A stretch of DNA of 64,000 nt from Trichosphaerium sp. ATCC 40318 (taxonomy: Eukaryota; Protista; Tubulinea), in NCBI GenBank assembly GCA_038496445.1, contig JALMLS010000550.1:16941-80940 (forward strand), written 5' to 3'. The number at the start of each line of letters is the position of its first letter. The first letter of the stretch is position 1. The notes below the pieces were generated by a model, which worked only from the letters and a program-made list of their open reading frames with translations, made no database searches and had not been told where the DNA came from. Position numbers and translations under genes: made by a program. Below are positions 12,514-24,891 of this stretch, in pieces.

Positions 12514-14542
12514 ATGGATATTGAACGCTTAAAGGTTGTACAACTTCGCAAAGAACTCCGCAAACGCCATTTAGACACAAAAGTACGTCAGTAAATCGCA
12601 TAAACGGCGCGTTTAATAAACTTAACGCAAAATAGGGCAGAAAAACAGTGCTGGTGGCGCGACTGAAGACGTTTATTGATAATAAAGCGTCTAACACCAA
12701 AACTAGAGCTCCCAAATCGAAAAAAACAAAAAAGGACAACGTACGCTCCTCCAGTACATTTCAGTTTCGTTTAATGAGGTCTCACTAGCGTTTTAAGGAA
12801 AAAACTGAATTCTCTCAGTCTGAAATAGCTCCATCGCTCAACCCTGACGTCCTGTTGCGTATATTCTCTCATTTGAACTCCTCAGAGATTATTACGGTTT
12901 CATCTGTGAGCAACTCCTGGTACGCTTGAAAAACTTTTGTTCATCTTTTCACTGAAATTAACAAGGTCAATGGTTGCCAAGTCTGACTACGTGTGGAAGG
13001 CGCTTTATACCGCAGACTTCAAATTACCTTTTGTGCCGTTGAATAAGAATGATAGATGTGTTGGAAAGAATCCTGATGCTTGGGTAGAGCAATACAAGAT
13101 GGCTTACAGACGGATTCCAAAGTACATCTTTTTTTCTTGTTTTTTTCGGTATTTTACCTCCCCACTCCTTCGTTTGAACAAAGGTTTACGATTTTGTTTA
13201 AAAATGTTTAATCTATTTATAAATCATCATTTTATTTGAAGTAAGGATTATATTGAGAATTTGTTAAGGTTGATGGATGCGTCACAAATAAACAAAGAAA
13301 TTGCTGGTATTTTTTTTTTGAGAATTTTATCATCCAAGTGTTGGCGGGTTTTTAGTGCTAAACTGACTTGTATTCTTTTGAGATCATTTTGATTTCAAAC
13401 CTGAAACAAGGAGGAAATCATACACAAAAGCAAAAGAAGAAAGAAAAGATTGGCACACTGATAGCCACACTGATGAATCTATTGAAGAAGACTTGTTTGA
13501 TGACAAGTATATTTTTTTCCGACATGGAACAGTATCCAAGATGTTTATTGATGTATGTTCACGTTATTACAAATTTATTTATTACTATCAACACCCATAA
13601 ACAACATATTGATGCTTCAACCAGGTCCCTAAAAGAGTCGTTAATGACAAAGTACACGACTTAGGTATGACAGTTTTTTATATTATTTTAGTTGTTGACT
13701 TTGTATGTGCATAGCTTTGGTTTTATCTATTCTAAACGAGAAAAACCTTCTGATTAGACTCGATGATACTGTACAAATAGGAAGTGTATCTGTAGGTACG
13801 ACATAATTAATACAATCATTCCAATATGCTTTATTGGTTCTCATATTCTCCCAAACCAGGATCCATTCCTGTTAAACTATCAGTATTCTGTCACGCTTTC
13901 TTGCAAGGAGAAACAAGTAAACTTTATCCAGAAGTTGTATTTCCTAGAGGAGAGATAACTATGAAAACCGATGAAACTGCACCATGTATGTGGACAATAC
14001 TTGATAGCGTTTGTAGTAACCTGATGTTTTTTTAGTTGGAATGGTTGATAGGGACAACTTGATGGGTATATCTCCGAATATCAAAGGCGAATTCAAACCT
14101 TTTGTACTTTACAATGAGATCCATTTGTACAGTGGTAAAGCATTAGGTACAAATATGGGCAACGATAACAAGAATGACGGAAATCACGTGCCAGAGTAAG
14201 AATTAGTGAAACCAAACAAATTTGTGTTCTCTGACTTTTACCTGTTTAAATAGCTTCTCAAGGCTTGATTCTTTCATTTCAAGATGGGTTTTAGATACCA
14301 AGAATACAGAGAAGACATGGGTCACTGACTTTAAAATGTGGGCACCTGGGTTTTTCATGAACGCAAACTTTTATTGGTACCTGTCAAGCTGTTTTTTTTT
14401 TGTTTTACATTCTGTATGTTACTGTGCTGATATTGTTTTAATTAGGTATCATTATGGCGATTTCAAGAGTGTGTATTCTCCAAAACACAAAGAAATCATT
14501 GTTGCAAAGATGGACATCAAGCAGTTTAGTAATTTTTGTTAG
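12514..14542 (+). CDS. SAP domain + F-box protein (multi-exon)
   Basis: Spliced exons 1-2 give MDIERLKVVQLRKELRKRHLDTK-GRKTVLVARL (SAP). Next comes LNPDVLLRIFSHLNSSEIITVSSVSNSW-SMVAKSDYVWKALY (F-box). Last exon ends KQFSNFC*. Confidence 0.7.
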
Positions 14543-14831
14543 TAAACGTCGCAATGTGCAACAAACTTTTCACGTGATTCTTTTTTTTTCAATACATTAC
14601 CAGAGACAAAATTAGCTACTACTTGTGCTTTTACTTGAACTGGGTACACGTTAAGTGAGCACTGTAACTTTACAGTGATTTATTTTAAGGTTTAACACTT
14701 CGGTTACTCTAAAGCCCTAGGATTTATTTAAGTATGGACTGATGCTTGATGAATCTGTGTTTTCACCACAAGCTCAACAACTCAACACTACTTCTGGCAA
14801 TAAACGCTTCTCAAAACCCTCTAAATAATAT

Positions 14832-16001
14832 TTATTGAAACACTACTCCTTTTTTACCATTGACATAGTCAACACGGCTTTTGAGTGCCCCGAAACTCCA
14901 CCATTCTAATTTAACACCTTCCCTTGAACCATTGATATATGTGCACTTCATTTGCAAGGTACCATTACGATACCACTCCTTGTACTCTCCGTCTTTTCTG
15001 TCATTTACATAGTTACACAAGCTCCTTATTTTACCATTATAATGCCATTGAATCATCTTTCCTTGTTTCTTGTCATTACCAATGCGATACTGTTTAGCCA
15101 GTTGACTGTTTTCATGATATTCTTTGTACTCTCCATCTTCAAGTTTGCCATTGATGTACATACGCTGTAGATGTATTTCACCATTTTTATGGTAAGCTAT
15201 GTATTTTCCTTGAAGTTTACTGTTTACATAGGTACACTCAGATTTCAATGGTCCATTGTAATGCCATTCTTTGTGGATGCCCTCAAGCTTATCATTGACA
15301 AGATAATAATGCTTCCACAATGTACCACATGAATACCACTCTTTGCCTTCTCCCTCTCGTTTGTCATCAACATAAGTGTATTGCTTGGACAGTGCTCCAT
15401 TACGATGCCACTCATTGTACTCTCCATTTAGTACACCATTTACATAATGGCAATGACGATTTCTATTACCATTGTAGCGCCAATACCTAAGCTCTCCGTC
15501 ACGTACACCATTGACATGAGTTGTCTTGCTCTGTAATTTACCATTATTATGCCAACTCTTTGTTTCTCCATCAATTTTTCCATTTTTATAGTACGTTTCA
15601 TATTTAAGTTGTCCTTTGGTATGCCACGTTTTGTACACCCCATCCAACTCACCATTGACATAATGACAGCGTTTCTTCAAGATACCATCCTTATACCACT
15701 CCTTGTATTCTCCTTCTATTTTATCATCAATACAATTGTACAACTTGTACTGTGTGCCATTGTAGTGCCACTGTTTGCTCTCTCCCTCCTCTTTGCCATT
15801 CATATAAACACACTGTCTTCTTAGAGTACCGTTATCACCCCATTTTTTCCAGTTGCCGTGTTTGTTCAAGTCACCATCAAACCTTGTTGTCATTGCTGTG
15901 TATTTTGATAGTAGCGACCATTTTTCAACCAATTTGTGATCTAGATCGATAATGTCAAGATGTAGCTCCACTGGAAGGTCAAAAAGATGGCCATTATTTA
16001 T
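14832..16001 (-). CDS. F-box-like + MORN-variant repeat protein (long single exon; tiny 5' exon likely near 16080)
   Basis: HLFDLPVELHLDII followed by >10 repeats of Y.NG...GEYKEWH.NG.L; acceptor TATAG near 16002. Confidence 0.85.
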   Translation of the reverse strand: MNNGHLFDLPVELHLDIIDLDHKLVEKWSLLSKYTAMTTRFDGDLNKHGNWKKWGDNGTLRRQCVYMNGKEEGESKQWHYNGTQYKLYNCIDDKIEGEYKEWYKDGILKKRCHYVNGELDGVYKTWHTKGQLKYETYYKNGKIDGETKSWHNNGKLQSKTTHVNGVRDGELRYWRYNGNRNRHCHYVNGVLNGEYNEWHRNGALSKQYTYVDDKREGEGKEWYSCGTLWKHYYLVNDKLEGIHKEWHYNGPLKSECTYVNSKLQGKYIAYHKNGEIHLQRMYINGKLEDGEYKEYHENSQLAKQYRIGNDKKQGKMIQWHYNGKIRSLCNYVNDRKDGEYKEWYRNGTLQMKCTYINGSREGVKLEWWSFGALKSRVDYVNGKKGVVFQ

Positions 16002-16647
16002 CTATATAGGCAAGAAGTTAGTCAATACCAATTTACTACAGACTATGGTTGAGTATTATATTACTATAGTACGACATGATACATTGCAGAAGAGGAAATA
16101 GAATCGAAAAAAAAAAGACAATCGAAAACATGTGTTTTGTATAACGATATTGTAAGAATATGAAAGGTAACACGTGGATTTTTCTGATGAAAACCTAGAG
16201 CGTCACGTGTTTTACGCTGCCAAGCAATAATATGTATATAAGGATGCTGCAACCACATATAAATATTGTTCTCACCAGTACAAAGTAGTTTCCGGTGAAC
16301 GTATCAAAAAAACAAGGTTTTGTTTGTTTTTTTCAAAAAAAAAAATTTTGGGCTGGATATTAAATCACGTGGTTCGTCGGGTTTTGGTTTGTAACAATTA
16401 ACAATTTCTCTCACCAAGGAAACCGTGTTAATTAGTTAGGATCATATTTTCAGGGTCATTTGATATTTGGAGTCAAAAAGAGACTTGGATAATGACGAGG
16501 GAAGCAGACGATGTAACAGAGTTATCTTAAGTGATAACAAAAGTATATGCTATGTTTTTGTTTCTAGTTTGAGTGTACCTTGTGGTTTGTTGCCATTGAT
16601 GTTGCGTATTCAAATTAAGATTTGTGTTGACTGGCTAGATCCTTTTG

Positions 16648-17490
16648 GGAGCTGCACTGATTTCCGGAAATTTCTGGAAATTCTGGAACTTCTGGAATTT
16701 CTGGACCAATTTCCAGATATTTCCAGTTATTTCCAGTGTTTTCTGTATATTTCCCGTATATTTCCAGTGTTTTCCCGTTATTTCCAGACAGTTCACGTGG
16801 CTTAATTTGAGCTCAAAAAAGCGCCAAAAAAAAAAAGTTACAAACAAAAAAGAGTTTATTTACAAGCAAATATACAGTGGGTTTCACGTTGTTCAGGTGG
16901 AAGAAAACGTGAATTATTTGTGATAGATACATCTGCTCACTCCAAATTGTTCTATCTACGCCCTCTAGAGTGTCAGTATCAATGTAGAAGTGTCATTTAG
17001 CGTTGTTTGCTTTTGTACCGCTTGAGCACTCACGTGTGGAACCTAGGTTGCTAATAGTAGCCTGGTTAATGTTAATGGACTCTAGTAGTTACAAAGAGTC
17101 AGTATTTACCTTCGGCTAGTGGCTAGTGTTGCTGTATCTGATTTAAAAAACTTAACAATAATTTTTTTGTGAACAGCACACATTTTCATCCCACCAAAAC
17201 TGAGAGTGTTTTTGGGCTTCATTTATACGTGCTGTTGGTCTTTTTTATGTTTTGATGACAATCAAAGCAAAAGCGAGTGCTGGTGTTCTTTTGAAAAATT
17301 TCCAGTTTTTCCAGATGTTTCCAGACGGCTACAGAATTTCCAGTTATTTCCAGATGCTATTAAATCATTTGAGTTAGTAAAACACACATGAAAGTACACT
17401 GCAGATGCTCCTGAAGCTTGTTAGCATTTGCTGCAAAAATTTCCAGTTTTTCCAGTTTTTCCAATTTAATGCGGAAATCAGTGCAGCTCC
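16648..17490. mobile_element. Non-autonomous DNA transposon (hAT-like?) with subterminal TTCCAG/CTGGAA arrays
   Basis: Inverted repeat GGAGCTGCACTGATTTCCG (16648) / CGGAAATCAGTGCAGCTCC (ends 17490). Short TTTCCAG/CTGGAA repeats cluster inside both ends. No TSD found. Confidence 0.6.
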
Positions 17491-17576
17491 TGAATGGAAA
17501 CTGATCTACCCCCTATCTGAGATTGATGACTATGGTGAAGTAATTAAACGCCAAACCTTGCTACCAGAGCAAGGTT

Positions 17577-17854
17577 GTGTCTAATAGCAACTACTGTGTA
17601 ATCACAGGGACACACATGAGGGATATTAATCATCAATCAATGTACTACGGCACCTCGAGTGCCAAGTGTTTGAAACCATGGATAAAATGAAATCCAATAC
17701 AACCCCTACCTGATAACAGTGTCTAGTAGTAACTAGTGTGTAATCACAGGGACGCATTCAAAGGGATATTGGTCATCAATCAATGTATTACGGCACCTCG
17801 AGTGCCAAGTGATTGAAACTATGGATAAAACGAAATCCAATGCAACTCCTATCT
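17577..17854. repeat. Tandem duplication, two ~140-bp units
   Basis: GTGTCTA..TGTGTAATCACAGGGAC..TACGGCACCTCGAGTGCCAAGTG..AAATCCAAT occurs at 17577 and 17719. Confidence 0.85.
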
Positions 17855-19140
17855 CCTTGGTAAAGATCCACAAAGTATTGAAGGATTTGATCCTCTAGAG
17901 TAAGCCTTGCACTTGAGTTACAACATTGTAATAAAACAATCACTGCCATACTTAACAGACTTTAGTTTTTTACTTGTATTTATTTTACTATCTTCGTAAG
18001 AATGACTAGCCTATCAAATACCCGCTACAAATACACTGCCGATACTATATCACCTTGGAGTGTACACTTGATACACCAAAAAAGGATGGCCATTTTAAGA
18101 TTGGTTTTTGTTTGTTTGAGATGGACCAGCAAGGATCCTAACAGTAGAAATAGCAAATTATGGTTACATATTTTCGCTGAACTGTACGTTTCTAATTCAT
18201 ACTTGTTTTGTATGCCATAGACATGTCAATGGCTGTGAGAAATCAAGAAAACTGTAATGTTGCAACTGCAGAAAGCTGCTTTCATAAAGCGACTTGGTTA
18301 TCTTACAACTAGTCATTTTTTAACACGTGCTGTTTCGAAGTGCTTGCTCCCGGTACCAGCTTTTTTTGGTAGTGCAAACACTCCACTATGCTTCATATTA
18401 CGAAACCAGTAACAACTTTAAGAAAAATTCAAAAACAAAACAGCCTCCACTACATGCCAAAAGAAAATTAAATAAAGTCGGGTGCACCTAAGTTTGACAA
18501 TTGTATACAAAGCTAATAGCTAGTAATTTGCTAGCAAAAGTGCCGGACAAAATATTTATGTTCGTAACAAAGGAACTTTGTACTAATAATGATCTACCTC
18601 TTGCTGTAAAACTTGCAAAGCGCTATCCACACGGGCAAACGGAGAAAATGTATGCCACACTTTTAATATGAAAAGGTTCACATAGGAAAAGTTTTGTACA
18701 TGGTTCTTAGGGCTATCACAATACCGAAGAAAAGCCTGCATACGCAAGTACGCAAAAGGTAAATCCTGAGTTGACGTTTCAATACAATACGATTGTGTAG
18801 CAGTATACTGTCCATACTCCTTCACTTTGTTCGTAAGGGAAACTTGTTTGAAAAGGGACAAAGTTGAACAAAAACGGAAAAAAAGGATCCACGTGTCACA
18901 CGAAAAAAAAAGTAGGAGAAACTTGGACAGAGCGACTCAATTTATACCTCGATATTGAACGTGACTTGGTGTCAAGGGTTGGCGGTACACTTACCTTTTT
19001 GTGCGTACCTGCTAAAAAAGTAAACTCATTTGTGTTTTGTTGTGGCCGCTTGTGTCGGGTAAATACTGGAGAAGTTCGGGTAGTCATTTCGGCGCAGGGC
19101 CTGTAAACTACATTTTTCGGTTGGTCAACCCCGAATACAG

Positions 19141-19189
19141 TTTTCGCTACCTCAACGCTGCCATATTCCGCTACCTCAACGCTGCCATA
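19141..19189. repeat. 24-bp tandem duplication
   Basis: CGCTACCTCAACGCTGCCATA present twice in tandem. Confidence 0.8.
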
Positions 19190-19711
19190 GACTCTATAGA
19201 CTACTACAGACGCAAAGAAGAGTCGCTTTATCTTACGGATTGAACACATGTGATTTTCTACAAAGTTGTTTAATCTCTGCCTACGGGCACTCTTGGCTAT
19301 TTTCAGAAGTAGCGCTGTGATACAATGACACGCTAGTACCCAAAAGAAATCGTATCACAATATAATAGCAGCGAAATAAAAAAAGCCCAAAGTTGAGGAG
19401 TCATAAAAAAAGAAGAACCAACTAACAGAAGAACCCAGTAAGTGTTGTGTACCTAAATCACGTTTTTTTTTTTTTTTTTGAGCGCATATTTTCGAACCGC
19501 CTTACAGCGCTCCAAATTCTCTTGTATGTTTTTAAAAAGTAGCTAATATGGTCGCTAGCAAGTAACTTACTTACGCGAGGGTGTTTGTCCGAAAAAGGGT
19601 ACACAAGCTTTTTTTTGAAATTTAATCAAATTTCCAGTACGTAACAAAAAAGTTTGAACACAAATTTCTCCTCTCAACACAAGTAACAACAGCTCACCAA
19701 ACGGCTGTACA

Positions 19712-20982
19712 ATGAGAATGAACGGATTATTTCTTGCTTTCTTATGTCTATCCGCACTTGTATCACTAGTATCAGCTCATGGACGTCTTACAGTACCTGA
19801 AACAAGGGACGTACAAAACGGTAGACGTAGAGACCAACAACATGCCCCAGTATTCCTTCAAAACGGCGATTGGGTATCAGGACACGTGTGCAGAGATCTT
19901 CCTTTTGTCGGCTCGACAGCAACTTACCAAGCCGGAGGAACTTACTCAACAGAATGGTTCTTCGAAGCTAACCATCCTGGAGATTGCTTTTTCTACCTCT
20001 CCTTCGACAATGAACAAACATGGGCTAAAATTGCCGAGATTCGCGACTGTCACCTTTTAAGCGGATGGGATATGACAATACCTTCATGGGTTCCTAGCGG
20101 TCCTGCAGTACTTCGCTGGGAATGGTATGCTCTTCAACAAGTCATCAATGTTGAGCACTACCTTCAATGTGCCGATGTCACAATTACAGGAGGAAACACA
20201 GGAGCTATTGCTTGGACCCCAGTCGTCACTATTCCTGGTCACCTTCCTTTGGATGCCAGCGGTTACAGACTTGTATACGATGAAAACGCACCTTTCTTCT
20301 TCACTGGACCTGCAGTAGCACAGTATATTTCTGGCGGTACAACACCACCACCGCCACCACCTACAATGGGAACTCCACCAACAATGGGAAGTACTCCACC
20401 TCCACCACCAACAATGGGAAGCACTCCTCCTCCTCCGCCAACAATGGGAAGTACACCTCCTCCCCCACCTACAATGGGAAGCACTCCTCCTCCACCAACA
20501 ATGGGAAGTACGCCTACACCATCTGGTAACGCATTCTGTCCAACAATTTCAAACGTTGAAATCAACAGTACGTTCCGCCTTCTCTTTTTCTTTTTTTTTT
20601 CTGCTTTTATTCTTGAAATTTATTTCGTTTAGACTGGGGTAGTGGTATGAACGTCGTTGTCTACCTCACAGCACCAACAAGTGGCGCACCAATTACATCT
20701 GTCAGAGTAAGACAAGTATCTCCAGCTGGGGCTACAACAGACAACTGTTGGTCATCAACTGGCGCAGTCGCCTCTGCATCTGCAACTGAAACTGGCACTA
20801 AATTCGCAAGTTCTTTTTCTAAAACAACTTCTTTTTTGAATTCCACTGACTCTCTTCTTTAGATCAGCTTGTACAATCCTTGGGTAGCAGGTAGTGCGAT
20901 TCCTGTACTTGGTTGCGCATGGAGTGTTGGTGACAACGACATTGCGGTATCTGTAATTGAAGTAAACGGTAATGCTTGTTAG
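19712..20982 (+). CDS. Secreted lytic polysaccharide monooxygenase (LPMO)-like protein with Pro/Thr linker and C-terminal CBM-like domain; 2 introns
   Basis: Signal peptide ends VSA|H (His1 of the histidine brace); second His in ANHPG; LRWEWYAL..EHYLQCADV motif; PPTMGSTPPPP repeats; introns ~20568-20632 and ~20810-20861; Trp/Cys-containing terminal domain. Confidence 0.85.
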
Positions 20983-22307
20983 AAGCGAAGTTTCCTCATA
21001 ATAAACAATACATTTTTACCTTCACTTGACTTTACAGTTTATTGCCTTTGTTGTCAAAACAAGCACAATGAAAGTACGACCACTATTGTTTTCGCAGAAA
21101 CTTAGTCAGAACATCTCGCTGTTTCATGTGGAAACAGTTTATTACGTAGACCTTGTGGAAGCTTGTGGATGTTTATAGTACACAGCTTTTTTCTCATATG
21201 TACATCATTTTAAGACTAAGTCTACAATTCCCATGAAATTAGTTTTCTACGAGTAACTTCCATACATTTACGCCTCTTTGGATCTTAAAAATAGGTTAGG
21301 ACGTCTGAATAATTGAAGGATTATAACTTTGGCAATTGAAGCCCTACAGTTGTGCAACGATAATTCACGTGTCATTTGTCGTTTCAACGGTTTTTTTTAA
21401 GTCGTGCCTTTTCTTAATGACCGCACTGTACAATGTTTTACTCCAAACCTAGACATTTTATCCAATACCAACTGCAAAGAGTAGTAAAGGAAGTTATTGC
21501 TTTGTTTTTGGACCGTTTTTATCTCAACTCTTACCCAGACTGATATTTTTATTGCCGTCACGTGATGGAACGATGAAACGGCAAAACTACCATCTAACAA
21601 CGTATCCCGATTACATGTTAAATTGGTTTAATGGCTTGCTTAGTATAACTTTAACATTCCATGACGTTCTTATTACTTTTTATTTACATTGAGGTAAATT
21701 ATTTTTCGAAAAATTGTTTGATTTAGCCTATAGTAGCTTACCTTGAATGAATATAAGAGTTCTGAATATTCTCTTTGCTGCTCCACATACACTTGCTTTG
21801 TCTTTATAAGCTGTTTGATAGTATGTATTAACCTGCATGAGAAAATCTAAAAGAAAATATTGACACTTGGCAAGCAAGGAATGCCCGGAATTTGCTATAA
21901 AAGTCCTTGTTCTGTATGCTTAAATGGAACTTTAACAGTTTCGACTGAGGAGAACTTGACTTTTTTCTTTGTCTTTGTGTGCTCTTCGCTTCACTAATCT
22001 GTAATAGTTGTAGTAAAGACTCTTGATTATAGGCGATTGTAGCAAAGACAGTAATATAGCCTAGATATGCAAGGAGTTTCTTGTTTGACTTGAACTTGTA
22101 TGAAAGTTATTTGCATTTTAGAATATCACTCAACACCAAGCCGAAGCAAGACGTTTTTTCCCAATTCACTATTTTACCTTGATTGTGAATATAGTCACAT
22201 TCTTCTTCAATAACCGCAAGATCGCTCAGAATAATTCCTACAGCAGTGTGAATGCACACCACAATAATGAAGTGAACAGAAAAAGCATACTTTGGTATGG
22301 AAAGCAG

Positions 22308-22535
22308 GAATTTGGCCTGAAATAGCGCTATTTTATTTTACCACTAAGCTTATTTTAAAACGCTATTCCCGGTTTGTAGTACGCACGTGACTTTCTGTAC
22401 TTATGCTCATGTAAAGTACTCCACAAGGATACACTAATGGCAAAGCTTGCAGAGTTGTAAGGCTACCTATGTTCACAAACCGTCTCGAAAAATAAGGCTT
22501 AGCGCTACCACAAAATAGCGTTTCAGGTCAAATCC
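22308..22535. mobile_element. MITE family 1 (GGATTTGACC TIR, 3-bp TSD CAG)
   Basis: GAATTTGGCCTGAAATAGCG...CGTTTCAGGTCAAATCC flanked by CAG/CAG. Interior is the reverse complement of the copy at 23911. Confidence 0.8.
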
Positions 22536-23116
22536 CAGGGAGGTTTCAAGTCTTTTAACATATTCCTATAAACTAAAGACGAATGATCTTGTGTCATTAA
22601 CAAACAAGCAGTTTGCTTCTACTCGCTCTTATGCACAAATAGTGGTGGTAAATTTTGTTAATTTTTCAAACTTTGCTTGCAATGTCATCATTGTACAAAG
22701 TAAAGTACGACTGTTCGATAGGTAACAGAATTATATTTGTACAAAAAACTCTGTTTCTATCTCAAGCGTACCTTGCGTTTTGTTGCCATTGATGTTGTGT
22801 ATTCAAAATTATGATAATTGCGTTGACTAACTTGGATTTGTTGTGATAAAGTCAGCCTTTCATTCAAATATTTTTCGAAGAACTCCAGTGAAAAAACGTT
22901 TTGAGAGAAAAAGGTGTTTTAATGTAGGACTATTTTACCAAAGCATTACTCGAAATAAAGAAGAAACGCGAAAAAACGGTCCGATCACGTTTTTTTGAAA
23001 CATGTACTTCTAGAAATAACTATTTTACGCGAAACCGCACTTCAAACACTACTCTCGCATAACTAGCGACGGTTTTTTATGTGAGTGTACTATACTAACA
23101 ATTGACTAACAACTCT

Positions 23117-23404
23117 GTAGACATAATATTTTCCACCAGAATAACACTAAAATCCACTCGAGTGGATTTTGGTACCTACCACATATTAACCTGTTCTGCC
23201 ACACCCACCAATGGATGACATTTTGTGAGCGAAGGTTGGGTTCTTGTCCCGAGCGAAGAGACGAGCCCGACCGAAAGCGAACAGTGCTCTATATTAGCTT
23301 GCATTCGCTGTCCCGTACTCGAATAGTGTAAACCCAAAACTGGGAATACAAATAATCCACTTGAAGGATTTTGGCCCATATTTTGTGGAAAATGTGTCGT
23401 CTGC
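23117..23404. mobile_element. MITE family 2, Mutator(MULE)-like, 9-bp TSD AACAACTCT
   Basis: ~55-bp imperfect TIRs (GTAGAC..TTTTCCAC..AATCCACTCGAGTGGATT / ..GTGGAAAAT..GTCTGC). AACAACTCT at 23108-23116 and 23405-23413. Confidence 0.85.
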
Positions 23405-23910
23405 AACAACTCTTAAAGATTCTGAATAAACCAACTTTGGAACTACAATTAGAAGACAAAGCTACCTTAATCAACGCCAAGCAGATTGCTGATACTAGGA
23501 AACTAGAGCGAAAAGATGATAACACAAAGATGTAGCCCTTGTATAAACAATAATAAACAAATTGACATCACATTTGTTAGTTAGAGTTCTAACACTCTCA
23601 GTTGACTTTCTTCTATCAACTAACCAAGGAACACTAACTAAAACAATGTTGGGAGGAAGACAAAATGTCTTGTGGCTCTAGCGCAGCCAAGCATTTGTTA
23701 TATTATACAAGAACACTTGGAAAATAAAAGAAAGGTTTTACAGTTTTTAAACAAATTGAAAAGGAAATTTTTGGGTGGGATGTGGGTGATTGCTGCTCGC
23801 CATGTTGTTTAAGCTTTGTCGGTTGTTGTTGTTGTTGATTTATACGAAGTCAACTCAAGTTTACCCAAACGTCTGTAACGGAGTAAAACACGTGTACAGC
23901 CATAAATAGT

Positions 23911-24145
23911 GGATTTGACCTGAAATAACGCTATTTTGTGTTAGCGCTACTACTTATTTTTCGGGATGGTTTGTGAACGTAGGTAACCTTTTGCAACTCT
24001 GCAAGCTGTGCCATTAGTGTATCCTTATGTAGTACTTTACGTGAGCATTCGACCAGAAAGTCACGTGCGTGCTACTAATCGGGAGTGGCTGTGTACAAAG
24101 TAGGCTTATCATTACAATAAAATAGCGTTATTTCAGGTCAAATCC
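23911..24145. mobile_element. MITE family 1 (3-bp TSD AGT)
   Basis: Perfect TIR GGATTTGACCTGAAATAACGCTATTTT / AAAATAGCGTTATTTCAGGTCAAATCC flanked by AGT/AGT. Confidence 0.9.
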
Positions 24146-24891
24146 AGTGGACGAAAATGGAACAGCTTTCTGTCAAGAATGGTAGTCCTTCCTCTAATTC
24201 AGTTCTAAACAGGCTAACATTAGCATGAGCGTACCTTGTAGAGTTCGGTGTCCTGTAAATTGTTTGCATGTTGGCATTGGCGATTTTTACAAAGAAAACT
24301 CGTTAAGTTTTCAGGTAGTAAATTTGAATAAAAGTTATCAATAAAAAATAGTGACAAAGTCTATTTTTACAACCAACACCTTTTTTTTTGGTAGAAGCTT
24401 TCGGTAAATAATGTACAAAAAGGCGCAACGTATATAGGTATTAAAGATGAGTTTATTATCGTCGAGTCAACATAAGTCTAGACCCGAAACGAGCATTACA
24501 CAAAAATGTACAACCTAAATTTTGGAAGCTATTGGGCACGCATAGGGTTCCGGAAATATTTTTACGTAATTCCGTAATTTCTTGACTTTTTTGACAAAAC
24601 ATCACCTAAGCTTGAACTAGAATCCCCGTTGTTGACAAGGGAAAGAAATTCCGGAATACTACATAACCTTATACATCCATTACCGAAAAAACCGAAAAAC
24701 TTGACGTGTGTCAATTCTAAAAATAACAATCTGTTTAATAAAACACTCATGACACTCATGAATGTTAATTAGCTCTCTAAACGTAAAGACCGGACAGGTT
24801 TAAATTTAGTCACACCAAAACCACATAATCATTATCTAAATTTAGTGCTTATTAAAAATCATAAAAGCTATTTTCGTACACACAACGCAAC

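Noticed and set aside
16660-16790. TTCCAG-type repeats as telomeric repeat or CRISPR array
   Set aside because: Irregular 9-10-bp units, no spacers, located inside a TIR element in eukaryotic DNA.
18002-19249. Several short ORFs (also 8937-9584, 21397-22290, 50444-50626)
   Set aside because: No recognisable motifs or coherent exon chain; at most decayed gene relics.
23160-23404. Hairpin-rich duplicated segment as a structured ncRNA or ribozyme
   Set aside because: TIRs and 9-bp TSDs identify it as a MITE; no hammerhead, HDV, SRP or RNase P consensus found.
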